NCBI GenBank assembly: GCA_938030595.1
Contig: CALHIB010000003.1
Location: 1-47,858 of the forward strand
Source of the DNA: an uncultured Rhizobiaceae group bacterium
Lineage (GTDB): Bacteria; Pseudomonadota; Alphaproteobacteria; Rhizobiales; Rhizobiaceae
Length of the DNA: 47,858 nt
Reading direction: 5' to 3'
Shown here: positions 27,301 to 35,324 of the stretch, piece after piece
How positions within the stretch are numbered: the stretch's first letter is position 1
Layout: each line of letters starts with the position of its first letter
Notes under the pieces: generated by a model
What the model saw: only the letters and a program-made list of their open reading frames with translations
Database searches by the model: none
What the model was told of the DNA's origin: nothing
Made by a program: the position numbers and the translations under genes

Positions 27301-28190
27301 GCAAAGCGATTTCACATGTCATGATTTCTGCCTCACCTTGGGCTGGAAACTACAATATTTTTTCTTCATTTGAGGAAGACGGATATACAAGGCGCGCAAC
27401 AGTTTCATCACGTGCTACGATGGGTAATTCAAGTAATATTATTTCCAAAGGACCAATTGGGCGGTGGGACTATGAAAATTACCTGATTGTATCATTATTC
27501 ACAGGTAGTTTTGAAAGTGTTTCAAGACTTGGAATACTTAACGGAGCGAATGTCATTGCACTTGAATGCAATGATGGCAGCTATGAACTCGTTCAATTCT
27601 CTCATGCAGAATTATTATCTGATGGAAAGTGGAAGCTATCCAAGCTTCTAAGAGCACAACTTGGTACAGATCCGGAAATGAATGCAGGTTCATTTGAAGG
27701 TGCAAACGTAATTTTGCTTAATGAGGCAGTATTTCCTCTGGAGTTAAACGATAGCGAAATAGGAATTTCTCAGAATTGGCGAGTAGGGCCAGTAAATGAG
27801 AATAATTCATCGGCCAGTTATTCCAAGCTTGTACACACAAATAATGTACGCAGCAGATTACCACTAAGTCCTGTCCATTTGCGATCTGAAAAACTTGGAG
27901 CTGGCTATGAGTTCTCTTGGGTCAGGCGAGGTCGTATTAATGCAGATGTCTGGGAAGGTAGTGAAATTCCTTTGGATGCGGCAAGCGAGAAATATCAGGT
28001 AACCATATTAGATATGCAGGGTGAAGTGAAACGTGAATACAGTACGTTCACACCGTCTACTTTATATACTGAGCAAATGTTGACGACTGATCTTGGAGCC
28101 ATGGCAACTCATTTTACTGTTCAAGTTGCTCAAATAAATAATAACGGGTTAGTAGGGTCCCCCTCAAAACTTCCAATACAAATAACTTAA
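24390..28190 (+). CDS. GTA host-specificity / baseplate megaprotein (g15), with a TIM-barrel-like glycoside-hydrolase-like region
   Basis: 1266 aa. Gly/Ala-rich N-terminus, then IYGRNRISGQVIWATRF...YFANFAIGLCEGPISGVRRIWADG. The large central domain and C-terminal phage-tail-like domain follow the RcGTA g15 pattern. Confidence 0.93.
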   Translation: MATVVLQTVGAAIGGAIAGPFGAILGRAAGAAAGYAIDQTYLTKDQVIQGPRLESSRILSSVEGAPIPKIYGRNRISGQVIWATRFEEVANTQKSGGKGTGSSSSATSFSYFANFAIGLCEGPISGVRRIWADGQELDLTKIEFRFYNGNEEQEPDPLIEAKQGIGNTPAFRGTAYVVFESLPLENYGNRIPQLSFEVIRVIGKLETAIKSITVIPGSTEFGYDPELVTSGGENEVYNAHNRHVSIASSNWKASIDELQMVCPNLESVSLVVAWFGTDIRAAECIIQPGVTTQIGIKWRVNNLRRHEAHLISQVDDRPAFGGTPDDDAVLRAIADLKARGLKVVLYPFIMMDIPNNNSLPDLSGTGEQPAYPWRGEISCFPKPGVENTADKTASARAQLETFKEQYNKFILHYANLCDQAGGVDGFLIGSELRGLSRVRDNLGKFPFVETLIELASQCRAILGNSTTITYGADWTEYFGYQPQDGSGDVLFNLDDLWASPAIDVIGIDNYMPLSDWRDEGDPQNNLATSNHNIDYLKSNIAREEGYDWYYQSEEDRLNGSRTEITDGQGEPWIYRYKDIHSWWSNSHYHRKNGIRETSPTNWVPNSKPIFFTELGCPAVDKGTNQPNVFHDPKSAQSALPYFSSGGRDDLIQRRYLEANYEFWSDPQNNPVSSIYQGSMVDVENMSPWTWDARPFPWFPLQLDVWSDGDNWHKGHWLTGRLGGASLQDLIETILGDFGYINFEVKLDGILDGYIIPNQASARSAIEPLLRLYNIQVFEENGVLIIKDRHYADTIEINAEQLVQEEGEFEKTTKRDNELELPVEAIVTHGSIFGDYEETATKSRRLEGGSDRQISLQAPITMPETSARKLADKNLRESWLGRQECNVSLSISEMEVTPGDIIKFSNSLGEKWQVNSVERNLAQKLSLSSVVDFPILSENETTTSYASIVPSFYGKPNVVFLDLPLLNSKDQSKAISHVMISASPWAGNYNIFSSFEEDGYTRRATVSSRATMGNSSNIISKGPIGRWDYENYLIVSLFTGSFESVSRLGILNGANVIALECNDGSYELVQFSHAELLSDGKWKLSKLLRAQLGTDPEMNAGSFEGANVILLNEAVFPLELNDSEIGISQNWRVGPVNENNSSASYSKLVHTNNVRSRLPLSPVHLRSEKLGAGYEFSWVRRGRINADVWEGSEIPLDAASEKYQVTILDMQGEVKREYSTFTPSTLYTEQMLTTDLGAMATHFTVQVAQINNNGLVGSPSKLPIQIT

Positions 28191-28208
28191 CTAAACAAGG
28201 AAAACTCA

Positions 28209-28415
28209 ATGGTTGAAGAAAAGAACTGGTATGAATCGAAGACAATATGGGGCGCATTACTTGCTGTTGGCGCATCGTTTATGGGCACGCTAGGTATCAG
28301 CGTTGATACAGTTGCGCAAACTGACTTGGCTGATGCGCTGATTCAATTGATAGGTGCAATTGGTGCTATGATTGCAATATATGGAAGACTTTCTGCAACA
28401 GATATTATTTCATAG
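28209..28415 (+). CDS. Two-TM small membrane protein, holin-like
   Basis: 68 aa. TM1 TIWGALLAVGASFMGTLGI, TM2 LADALIQLIGAIGAMIAIYG. AAGGAA RBS. Starts 18 nt after the g15 stop. Confidence 0.55.
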   Translation: MVEEKNWYESKTIWGALLAVGASFMGTLGISVDTVAQTDLADALIQLIGAIGAMIAIYGRLSATDIIS

Positions 28416-28419
28416 TAGA

Positions 28420-28641
28420 ATGTTTGGGTTTTTAAATTTGTTATTCGCATTTTTTTCTCAGGTCATAAGAATTATAGAAAACTACAGAACCGAGAAAAAT
28501 AGAAAACTAGACCAGAAACGAAATGCAAAGGCTGATGCCTATGATCACCTTCAAAAAGCGCTCAGGGCTAGGAATACTGCTCGCAGGTCTAATGCCGCTG
28601 ATAAGCTCATGTCAGACGATGGCTACCAGCGAAAGCAATGA
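28420..28641 (+). CDS. N-terminally anchored, highly charged small protein (i-spanin-like)
   Basis: 73 aa from the ATG at 28420, 4 nt after the holin-like stop. The track's 28372 start overlaps the previous gene. MFGFLNLLFAFFSQVIRII is followed by a Lys/Arg/Asp-rich helical tail ending DDGYQRKQ. Confidence 0.45.
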   Translation: MFGFLNLLFAFFSQVIRIIENYRTEKNRKLDQKRNAKADAYDHLQKALRARNTARRSNAADKLMSDDGYQRKQ

Positions 28642-28759
28642 AGCAAATTGGGTTTGTTTAGCGTTTGCACCCATTACATGGTCTAAAAAGGACACGAAAG
28701 AAAGCTTGAAGCAGATAAAACAACACAATGCGGTGTGGGCCGCATTGTGTAACGTATAA
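28541..28759 (+). CDS. Small lipoprotein in an overlapping reading frame (o-spanin-like)
   Basis: MITFKKRSGLGILLAGLMPLISSC has a lipobox (ISS|C). The mature part is about 47 aa with two further Cys. It overlaps the previous ORF by 101 nt in the +1 frame. Alternative ATGs at 28523 and 28535. Confidence 0.5.
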   Translation: MITFKKRSGLGILLAGLMPLISSCQTMATSESNEANWVCLAFAPITWSKKDTKESLKQIKQHNAVWAALCNV

Positions 28760-28812
28760 ATTTTCAAGAAATATTCATTTTTGGTTCAGAAGGAGCATGT
28801 TATACAGTTTCC

Positions 28813-29052
28813 ATGAAATTACTAATATCAATACCATTGGCCATATTTTCTGTTGTATTATTGTCTACATCTGCCCATGCAGATGCGTGCAGCAATGCCG
28901 CGCGTGGCATGGTTAATAGTGATCCGAAAGCGACATTGTTATCTGTGAAGTCAGTTAAAAATGGTAGTGGTAAAGTGACATGCGAAGCGCGAATTAAAAT
29001 TTCATCTGGAAGTCAGCCGCCACGTATCGTTGTCAAAAAATTTAAACCATAA
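28813..29052 (+). CDS. Small secreted protein upstream of the response regulator (FeuN-like position)
   Basis: 79 aa. Signal peptide MKLLISIPLAIFSVVLLSTSAHA, two Cys in the mature part. Sits 19 nt upstream of the RR gene. Confidence 0.55.
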   Translation: MKLLISIPLAIFSVVLLSTSAHADACSNAARGMVNSDPKATLLSVKSVKNGSGKVTCEARIKISSGSQPPRIVVKKFKP

Positions 29053-29071
29053 ATTCTATAGGAACTAAGCA

Positions 29072-29734
29072 GTGCGAATATTAATTGTCGAAGATGACTT
29101 GGAATTAAATCGTCAATTGGAAGAAGCTTGCCTCGAAGCAGGTTATGTTGTCGATAAAGCGCACGATGGTGAAGAAGGGCATTTCTTAGGAGACACAGAA
29201 CCTTATGATGCCGTAATTTTAGACATTGGCTTGCCTGTCATGGATGGCATTACAATCTTAGAACAATGGCGCAAAGCTGAACGCAAAATGCCAGTTCTAA
29301 TGTTAACGGCCAGAGATCGATGGAGTGATAAAGTTTCTGGAATTGATGCAGGAGCAGATGATTACCTAGCAAAACCATTTCACATTGAAGAAGTGTTAGC
29401 GCGTCTTCGTGCATTGATCCGTCGTTCCAACGGACATGCTTCCTCAGAACTGAGTTGTGGTGATATTGTTTTGGACACCAGAACATCAAAAGTTACCTAC
29501 AAAGACAAGCCAGTTAAACTTACATCACATGAGCTTAGATTGCTGTCGTATCTTTTGCATCATCCAGGCGAAATTATTTCCAGAACGGAATTAACAGAGC
29601 ATCTGTATGACCAAGACTTTGACAAAGATTCGAACACGATCGAAGTTTTTGTCGGGCGATTACGCAAAAAGTTGAATACTGATTTTGTAGAAACAGTACG
29701 CGGTCTAGGATACAGACTGCAAGAAGCCGAATGA
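29072..29734 (+). CDS. OmpR-family response regulator (FeuP-like by synteny with cycHJKL)
   Basis: GTG start. MRILIVEDD...DAVILDIGLPVMDG...ARDRWSDKVSGIDAGADDYLAKPF, plus a winged-helix C-terminus ...VRGLGYRL. Confidence 0.93.
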   Translation: MRILIVEDDLELNRQLEEACLEAGYVVDKAHDGEEGHFLGDTEPYDAVILDIGLPVMDGITILEQWRKAERKMPVLMLTARDRWSDKVSGIDAGADDYLAKPFHIEEVLARLRALIRRSNGHASSELSCGDIVLDTRTSKVTYKDKPVKLTSHELRLLSYLLHHPGEIISRTELTEHLYDQDFDKDSNTIEVFVGRLRKKLNTDFVETVRGLGYRLQEAE

Positions 29735-31119
29735 ATTCATCACTCCTAGATCGTATTAGTTTTTTGCCAAACACACTTGCGGCGCGTTTGTTTATATTAT
29801 CCTCGCTAGCGGCAATTTTGGGTGTCTTAATCGTAGCATTTGTTATTTTACAAGAATATAGACAAAATGCTGAAGCGCGCTTGAATGAAGTTCTTATAGC
29901 AAATGTTTTTAATTTGATGGGAACATTTGAAGTTGATCAAAACGGAAAACTCATGGGCTTACCCGACCTTGGGGATTCGCGTTACAATTTATTTGATTCT
30001 GGATATTATTGGTCAGTACAAAAAATATCAGATGAGAAATCACGCATAGCCAGTATCTCTCTAGCAGATCAAAAAATTATAATTCCACCAACTGCCGAGC
30101 TGGATCAAACTTTTCAACGCAGTTTCGAAATGGAAGATAAAATAGGTCAAATGCTTCAGGGGCTAGAAGCGCAAGTGTTTCTTGGGGAAGGCGATGAACT
30201 TTACAGTTTTCGCATTACTGCTAACAAAAGTTCTTTGAATGAAGAGATTACAGGATTTTTGTGGCGATTGGCATCCATTCTCTCAATCTTTGCATTTTCG
30301 ATGGTTCTGGCAACTTATTTGCTTGTTCGCTTAGGTTTAAAACCAATATCTAGAGCTGTGGAAATGCTTGGTAAGGTAAGAACAGGTGAAGCTTCAAGAA
30401 TTGATGGGCATTATCCTGACGAGATTGCGCCATTAATTGCTCAGACAAACGCTCTGATTGAATCAAATAATACAATTGTTGAACGTGCCAGAACTCAAGT
30501 AGGCAATCTGGCTCATTCCTTAAAGACACCATTAGCTGTCATGCAAAATGAGCTGCCAAAATTATCAAAAGAAAAGCAACCGATTTTCAAAGAGCAAGTC
30601 GATACAATGCGCAACCAAGTGCAAGTTTATCTTGATCGCGCGCGTATTTCAGCACGAAGCTCAACATCGATAGCAAATACTCCACTTTTTCCCGTGCTGG
30701 AAAAGCTTTCAAATGTGGTGTCCAAACTCAACCCAGCAACTGATATTGATAGTGATTTTGACGATGAAGGATTGATTTTTGAAGGTGAAGAACACGACCT
30801 GCAAGAAATTTTTGGAAACCTGATTGAGAATGCAGCCAAATATGCAAAAACGGCCATGAAAATCAGTGCAGGCTTGTCTAAGGGCAGGTTGGAAATAACG
30901 GTTGAAGATGATGGTTCCGGCATGTCTGCCCAAGATATAAAAAAAGCAGAAAAACGTGGAGGTCGCGTCGATGAGGGAAAGGTTGGCTGGGGACTTGGTC
31001 TGTCGATCGTAAGAGACATCGTCGATGAATATGATGGAAGTTTCAAACTCTCAAAATCCCCGATGGGTGGATTAAAAGCTGTTGTGCTCCTTCCAGGTAG
31101 AAAAGAGAAAAGCCATTAA
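29731..31119 (+). CDS. Membrane sensor histidine kinase (FeuQ-like by synteny)
   Basis: Two TM segments flank a periplasmic domain of about 150 aa. HAMP domain, H-box NLAHSLKTPLAV, N-box FGNLIENAAKYA, G-boxes DDGSGM and GWGLGLSIV. Shares a 4-nt overlap with the RR gene. Confidence 0.9.
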   Translation: MNSSLLDRISFLPNTLAARLFILSSLAAILGVLIVAFVILQEYRQNAEARLNEVLIANVFNLMGTFEVDQNGKLMGLPDLGDSRYNLFDSGYYWSVQKISDEKSRIASISLADQKIIIPPTAELDQTFQRSFEMEDKIGQMLQGLEAQVFLGEGDELYSFRITANKSSLNEEITGFLWRLASILSIFAFSMVLATYLLVRLGLKPISRAVEMLGKVRTGEASRIDGHYPDEIAPLIAQTNALIESNNTIVERARTQVGNLAHSLKTPLAVMQNELPKLSKEKQPIFKEQVDTMRNQVQVYLDRARISARSSTSIANTPLFPVLEKLSNVVSKLNPATDIDSDFDDEGLIFEGEEHDLQEIFGNLIENAAKYAKTAMKISAGLSKGRLEITVEDDGSGMSAQDIKKAEKRGGRVDEGKVGWGLGLSIVRDIVDEYDGSFKLSKSPMGGLKAVVLLPGRKEKSH

Positions 31120-31184
31120 ATTTTCCTAATTTAGACAATTTCAACATCTATTGTTTAAACAGGCTGAGGATAAGGATAAATACG

Positions 31185-31652
31185 ATGCGTACATTAAAGA
31201 AATCACTAATAGCAACCATGATGATAAGCACTGCACTATTAGCTGGTTGCCAGGCAAGTAATGAAACAATCGGTCAAGCAACAGGGGCAATTGCTGGTGG
31301 TGTGTTAGGTAATCAGGTTGGCGGTGGTTCTGGTCGTGTCGTGGCAACGATTGCAGGTGCTTTGGCAGGCGGGGTAATTGGCGGCAGTATTGGCCGCGGC
31401 CTTGATACGCGCAGCAGAGATGCAGCACTTGCGGCAGAGTATAATGCATTAGAAAGAGGTTCTGCAGGTAAACCTGTTGCATGGCAGGGATCAAATGGAA
31501 CATACGGCCAAGTGGTGCCACAACAGCCTTATCAAGTGGGCAGTCAGAACTGTCGTCGCTATACCCACACGATTTACATTGATGGTGCACCACAAGAAGC
31601 CAGCGGAACAGCCTGCCGTAACCCTGATGGTACTTGGCAGCCGCTTAGTTAA
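31185..31652 (+). CDS. 17-kDa surface antigen-type lipoprotein (glycine-zipper outer-membrane lipoprotein)
   Basis: Lipobox LLAGC. Gly-zipper GAIAGGVLGNQVGGGSGRVVATIAGALAGGVIGGSIG. C-terminal Cys pair ...CRRYTHTIYIDG...GTACRNPDGTW. Confidence 0.85.
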   Translation: MRTLKKSLIATMMISTALLAGCQASNETIGQATGAIAGGVLGNQVGGGSGRVVATIAGALAGGVIGGSIGRGLDTRSRDAALAAEYNALERGSAGKPVAWQGSNGTYGQVVPQQPYQVGSQNCRRYTHTIYIDGAPQEASGTACRNPDGTWQPLS

Positions 31653-31774
31653 GAATTACCAACTCTTACTTCACATTATCTCTCAACTATTTGATTGTGG
31701 CAAAGCGTCCGACAAGCACTTTAATCAATCATTCAGCTTTTGTTTTTGCAAACTATTAGGTACATAGATTTGCA

Positions 31775-32899
31775 ATGACATTTTGGATTTTGACACTCAT
31801 ATTATCACTGTTGGCAATGGGGTTTGTATGCTTTCCCTTAATGCGCTCCAATGTCAGTATCAGAACTGAATTGGAAAGTGAGCATACACTTTATCAAGCC
31901 AGGTTGCTGGAAATTGAAAAAGACCTTGAATTGGGTCGCCTCGACGAAGTTTCTGCACAAGCCGCCAAATCTGAAGAAGCGCGCAAGTTGATTAAATCTT
32001 CTGAGGTGGAAGCGCATTCAACCGTGTCGCATAAAAATAGAGCGTTAGTGATACTAGCAGCACTTTCCCTACCAATATTTTCTCTTCCCTATTATTATTC
32101 TACAGGTTCACACCAAGTTGTTAACAGTACCGTCGTACAAGTTGATGATGGCGATCAGTTATCCATAGAAGACCTTTTAAAGGTTGCAGAAAAGCGACTT
32201 CAATCCAACCCTGACGATGTTGATGGCTGGAAGGTTGTCGTGCCAGTTTATATGCGCATGAAGCGATATCAGGATGCTGAAAACGCTTACCAGAATATAC
32301 TGAGAGTTGAAGGTCGATCTGCTGAATATCTTTTAAAACTAGCAGATGTTTATATAGAGCAAGAGCAAGGCCAGATAAATGACAAGGCAAAATCTTTGAT
32401 AACTGAAGTTTTATCCGTTGATAAAGAAAATGCCATTGCCAAATTCTATACAGGAATCATTGAGCTGCAAAATGATAATTTGGAGGGGACAAGGCAAATT
32501 TGGCAAACCATGATCGATGGCGCTAAAGGTGACGAAGAATGGCTACCTGTAATCAAAGGAAGACTGGCTGAACTAGGGACTTTAGAAAAACCAGAAGTTT
32601 CAGAACCTGATTTTAATCAGGAGACAGCTAACGCCATTCAGGAAATGAACCCTGAAGACCGTTTGGAGGCTATTGGCCAAATGGTTGCTAACCTTGCCGA
32701 CAAACTGGAAGCTAATCCAAATAACAAAGCTGGTTGGCAGCGTTTGATTAGGTCGTATTTAACACTTGGGCGAAATGACGAGGCCAAGACTGCTGGCGAA
32801 ACGGCTGCAAAACAATTCCCTGAAGACGAAGCATTTTTAGCCTCAATTCAAAACATGCTACGCTCTGTAGAAAACTCACAAGAGGGAGCTGCCCAATGA
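31775..32899 (+). CDS. ccmI: Cytochrome c biogenesis protein CcmI (CycH)
   Basis: N-terminal TM pair, then a TPR-like periplasmic domain. Lies directly upstream of ccmE-ccmF-ccmH with a 4-nt overlap. Confidence 0.85.
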   Translation: MTFWILTLILSLLAMGFVCFPLMRSNVSIRTELESEHTLYQARLLEIEKDLELGRLDEVSAQAAKSEEARKLIKSSEVEAHSTVSHKNRALVILAALSLPIFSLPYYYSTGSHQVVNSTVVQVDDGDQLSIEDLLKVAEKRLQSNPDDVDGWKVVVPVYMRMKRYQDAENAYQNILRVEGRSAEYLLKLADVYIEQEQGQINDKAKSLITEVLSVDKENAIAKFYTGIIELQNDNLEGTRQIWQTMIDGAKGDEEWLPVIKGRLAELGTLEKPEVSEPDFNQETANAIQEMNPEDRLEAIGQMVANLADKLEANPNNKAGWQRLIRSYLTLGRNDEAKTAGETAAKQFPEDEAFLASIQNMLRSVENSQEGAAQ

Positions 32900-33348
32900 C
32901 ACGTAAACAAAAACGCTTTGCCGGAATTGGTATTATTGGCGCAGTCATTGGACTTGCCGTACTTTTGGTAAGTATTGCCCTTAGAGATGAAATTGTATTC
33001 TTTTATGATCCCACTGAAGTGGTTAGTGGAACGAAAGTATCTCCCGGGCAAAATTTCAGGATAGGCGGGTTGGTCGAAGAGGGTAGTGTTGTTAAGCAGG
33101 ATACTAAAATTTCATTTGTTGTAACGGATGGCGAAAATAGTGTGCCAATCAGTTTCGAAGGAATTTTACCTGACTTGTTTCGCGAAGGCCAAGGCATCAT
33201 CGCTGAAGGTGCAATGGATACACAGGGACAGTTTATTGCGCAAAATATTTTGGCCAAACATGATGAGAATTATATTCCAAAAGAACTAGAAGACGTTATG
33301 AAAGATAAAGATGTCTGGAAGGGCAAGAAAAGCGAGCCAAACTCATGA
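32896..33348 (+). CDS. ccmE: Cytochrome c maturation haem chaperone CcmE (CycJ)
   Basis: N-terminal anchor, FRIGGLVEEGSV, and AKHDENYIPKE with the haem-binding His. Confidence 0.95.
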   Translation: MTRKQKRFAGIGIIGAVIGLAVLLVSIALRDEIVFFYDPTEVVSGTKVSPGQNFRIGGLVEEGSVVKQDTKISFVVTDGENSVPISFEGILPDLFREGQGIIAEGAMDTQGQFIAQNILAKHDENYIPKELEDVMKDKDVWKGKKSEPNS

Positions 33349-35324
33349 TTGCCGAACTTGGACATTATGCACTTATATTGGCACTTGCTCTCACATTAGT
33401 GCAGTCAGTTATTCCGTTTTGGGGTGCACGCAAAGGTGATGAAGTTTTGATGGCCTCTGGAACGACAACCGCCATTGCAGGTTTTCTTGCAATATCTCTG
33501 TCGTTTGCAGCGCTGACTTATGCATATGTTACTTCTGATTTTTCACTTACTAATGTTTGGCAGAACTCGCATTCTGCAAAGCCGATGCTTTATAAAGTAA
33601 CCGGCGTATGGGGAAATCATGAAGGTTCAATGTTGCTTTGGGTTTTGATCCTCGCTCTGTTTTCTGCATTACTTGCGGCATTTGCAAGGAACTTGCCTTC
33701 GAGACTGAAAGCGGATGTCTTAGCCGTTCAAGGCTGGGTAACACTTGCCTTCTTGTTGTTTATATTATTGACCTCAAATCCGTTTGATCGCCTTCCTCAA
33801 ACGCCTGTTGAAGGACGCGATTTAAATCCTATTCTTCAAGACATTGGACTGGCAATTCATCCGCCGCTTCTTTATGTGGGTTACGTTGGATTTTCCCTGA
33901 CATTTTCCTTTGCAGTTGCGGCGATGATCTCTGGGCGCATTGATGGTGCCTGGGCAAGATTTGTAAGGCCTTGGGCGCTTGTTGCTTGGGTTTTCCTGAC
34001 GGCTGGAATAGCGATGGGCTCTTATTGGGCATACTACGAGCTGGGTTGGGGCGGCTGGTGGTTCTGGGATCCGGTAGAAAACGCGTCCTTTATGCCATGG
34101 CTTGTCGGAACAGCACTGATACATTCTGCTCTGGTAATGGAAAAACGTGATGCGCTTAAGATTTGGACTATTCTTTTGGCGCTTCTGACATTTTCTCTAT
34201 CATTGCTGGGAACCTTTATTGTCCGCTCAGGCGTTCTTACATCAGTGCATAGCTTTGCATCTGATCCGGCGCGTGGCGTTTTCATATTGATGATCCTGTT
34301 GATTTTTATTGGTGGTTCCCTAACACTTTTTGCAATCCGCGCGAATGTTCTTCAGCAAGGCGGTTTATTCCAACCCATATCGCGGGAAGGAGCGCTGGTT
34401 TTTAATAACCTTTTCCTAACCGTTTCCTGTGCAACGGTAATTCTTGGAACTTTATATCCTCTGTTCCTGGAAGCTTTGGATGGTTCAAAAATATCTGTAG
34501 GCCCACCTTATTTTAATCTGACTTTTGGTCCGCTTATGATCCCATTACTATTGGTCATTCCTCTTGGGCCTTTAATGTCATGGAAGCGCGCTGATTTATT
34601 GGCTGTGTTGCAGAGGCTATATTTTATTGCAGGTGTATCATTGCTATCTGTGATTCTAGCACTTGCCTTTACGCAAGACAGTCCAGTTTTGGCCTCTCTT
34701 GCTATTGGCTTGGGTGTTTGGGTCATGTTGGGCAGCATGGCTGAGCTATTTCAACGCTCAGGATTGCCAAAAGCAGATTTGAAAACGGCTTTCGCACGTT
34801 TATCAGGATTGCCTCGATCTACTTGGGGGACAGCTTTTGCACATTTTGGTGTTGGTTTGATGGTTTTAGGCGTAGTTGGCGCAACTGCGTTCAGCGAAGA
34901 AAAAGGTATTTCAGCTCTTAAAGGCGATACAATTGAAATTGCTGGCTTTACACTTACACATGCAGGAACAAGACAAGAGCAGGGGCCTAATTATATTCAG
35001 GACTCACTTTTGGTATCTGTCAGTCGCGGTGGTGTAGAAGAATTGAAACTAACACCGGCCAAACGTTTTTATACTGGTCACGGAACTGCAACGACAGAAG
35101 CATCCATTAAGACGTATTGGTTCTCGCAGCTTTATGTATCGGTTGGAGATACAGATGAAGAAGGACGCACAGTTTTGCGTGCCTGGTGGAAGTCGCAAGT
35201 CTTGTTTGTATGGCTTGGGCCAATTTTGATGGCTTTCGGTGGTTGCCTGTCGTTAACCGATAGGCGGTTACGTGTTGGTGCACCTAAAACTTCAAAAGTA
35301 AGACGTGAGCTTTCCAATGCGTAA
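33345..35324 (+). CDS. ccmF: Cytochrome c haem lyase subunit CcmF (CycK)
   Basis: 659 aa polytopic protein with the WGGWWFWDPVENASFMPW tryptophan-rich motif. Confidence 0.95.
   Translation: MIAELGHYALILALALTLVQSVIPFWGARKGDEVLMASGTTTAIAGFLAISLSFAALTYAYVTSDFSLTNVWQNSHSAKPMLYKVTGVWGNHEGSMLLWVLILALFSALLAAFARNLPSRLKADVLAVQGWVTLAFLLFILLTSNPFDRLPQTPVEGRDLNPILQDIGLAIHPPLLYVGYVGFSLTFSFAVAAMISGRIDGAWARFVRPWALVAWVFLTAGIAMGSYWAYYELGWGGWWFWDPVENASFMPWLVGTALIHSALVMEKRDALKIWTILLALLTFSLSLLGTFIVRSGVLTSVHSFASDPARGVFILMILLIFIGGSLTLFAIRANVLQQGGLFQPISREGALVFNNLFLTVSCATVILGTLYPLFLEALDGSKISVGPPYFNLTFGPLMIPLLLVIPLGPLMSWKRADLLAVLQRLYFIAGVSLLSVILALAFTQDSPVLASLAIGLGVWVMLGSMAELFQRSGLPKADLKTAFARLSGLPRSTWGTAFAHFGVGLMVLGVVGATAFSEEKGISALKGDTIEIAGFTLTHAGTRQEQGPNYIQDSLLVSVSRGGVEELKLTPAKRFYTGHGTATTEASIKTYWFSQLYVSVGDTDEEGRTVLRAWWKSQVLFVWLGPILMAFGGCLSLTDRRLRVGAPKTSKVRRELSNA

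Larger units (their letters stand above)
14024..28190 (+). other. RcGTA-type gene transfer agent structural gene cluster (g1-g15 equivalents)
   Basis: Canonical order: small g1-like gene, TerL, portal, g3.5, prohead protease, HK97 capsid, g6, g7, g8, tail tube, g10, g10.1, short tape measure, g12 (DUF2460), g13 (DUF2163), g14 (NlpC/P60), g15. All are co-oriented and tightly packed. There are no lysogeny or replication genes and the flanks are housekeeping genes. Confidence 0.9.

Noticed and set aside
28372-28419. Track start at 28372 for the 89-aa ORF overlapping the holin-like gene.
   Set aside because: The extra 16 codons overlap the end of the 2-TM gene. The ATG at 28420 starts directly at the hydrophobic N-terminal anchor and sits 4 nt after the upstream stop.
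14024-28759. Could the phage-like region be an ordinary or cryptic prophage rather than a GTA?
   Set aside because: The gene content is exactly the RcGTA-type head-tail set, including the GTA-specific g12-g15 families and a very short tape measure. I see no integrase, repressor, replication, anti-repressor or tail-fibre modules, no tRNA or att-like repeats, and the flanks are conserved housekeeping genes.
28728-28916. A 62-aa Cys/His-rich ORF spanning the gap between the lipoprotein gene and the small secreted protein gene.
   Set aside because: It overlaps both neighbouring ORFs, each of which has a clear signal or lipoprotein sequence. It has no RBS and an implausible composition.
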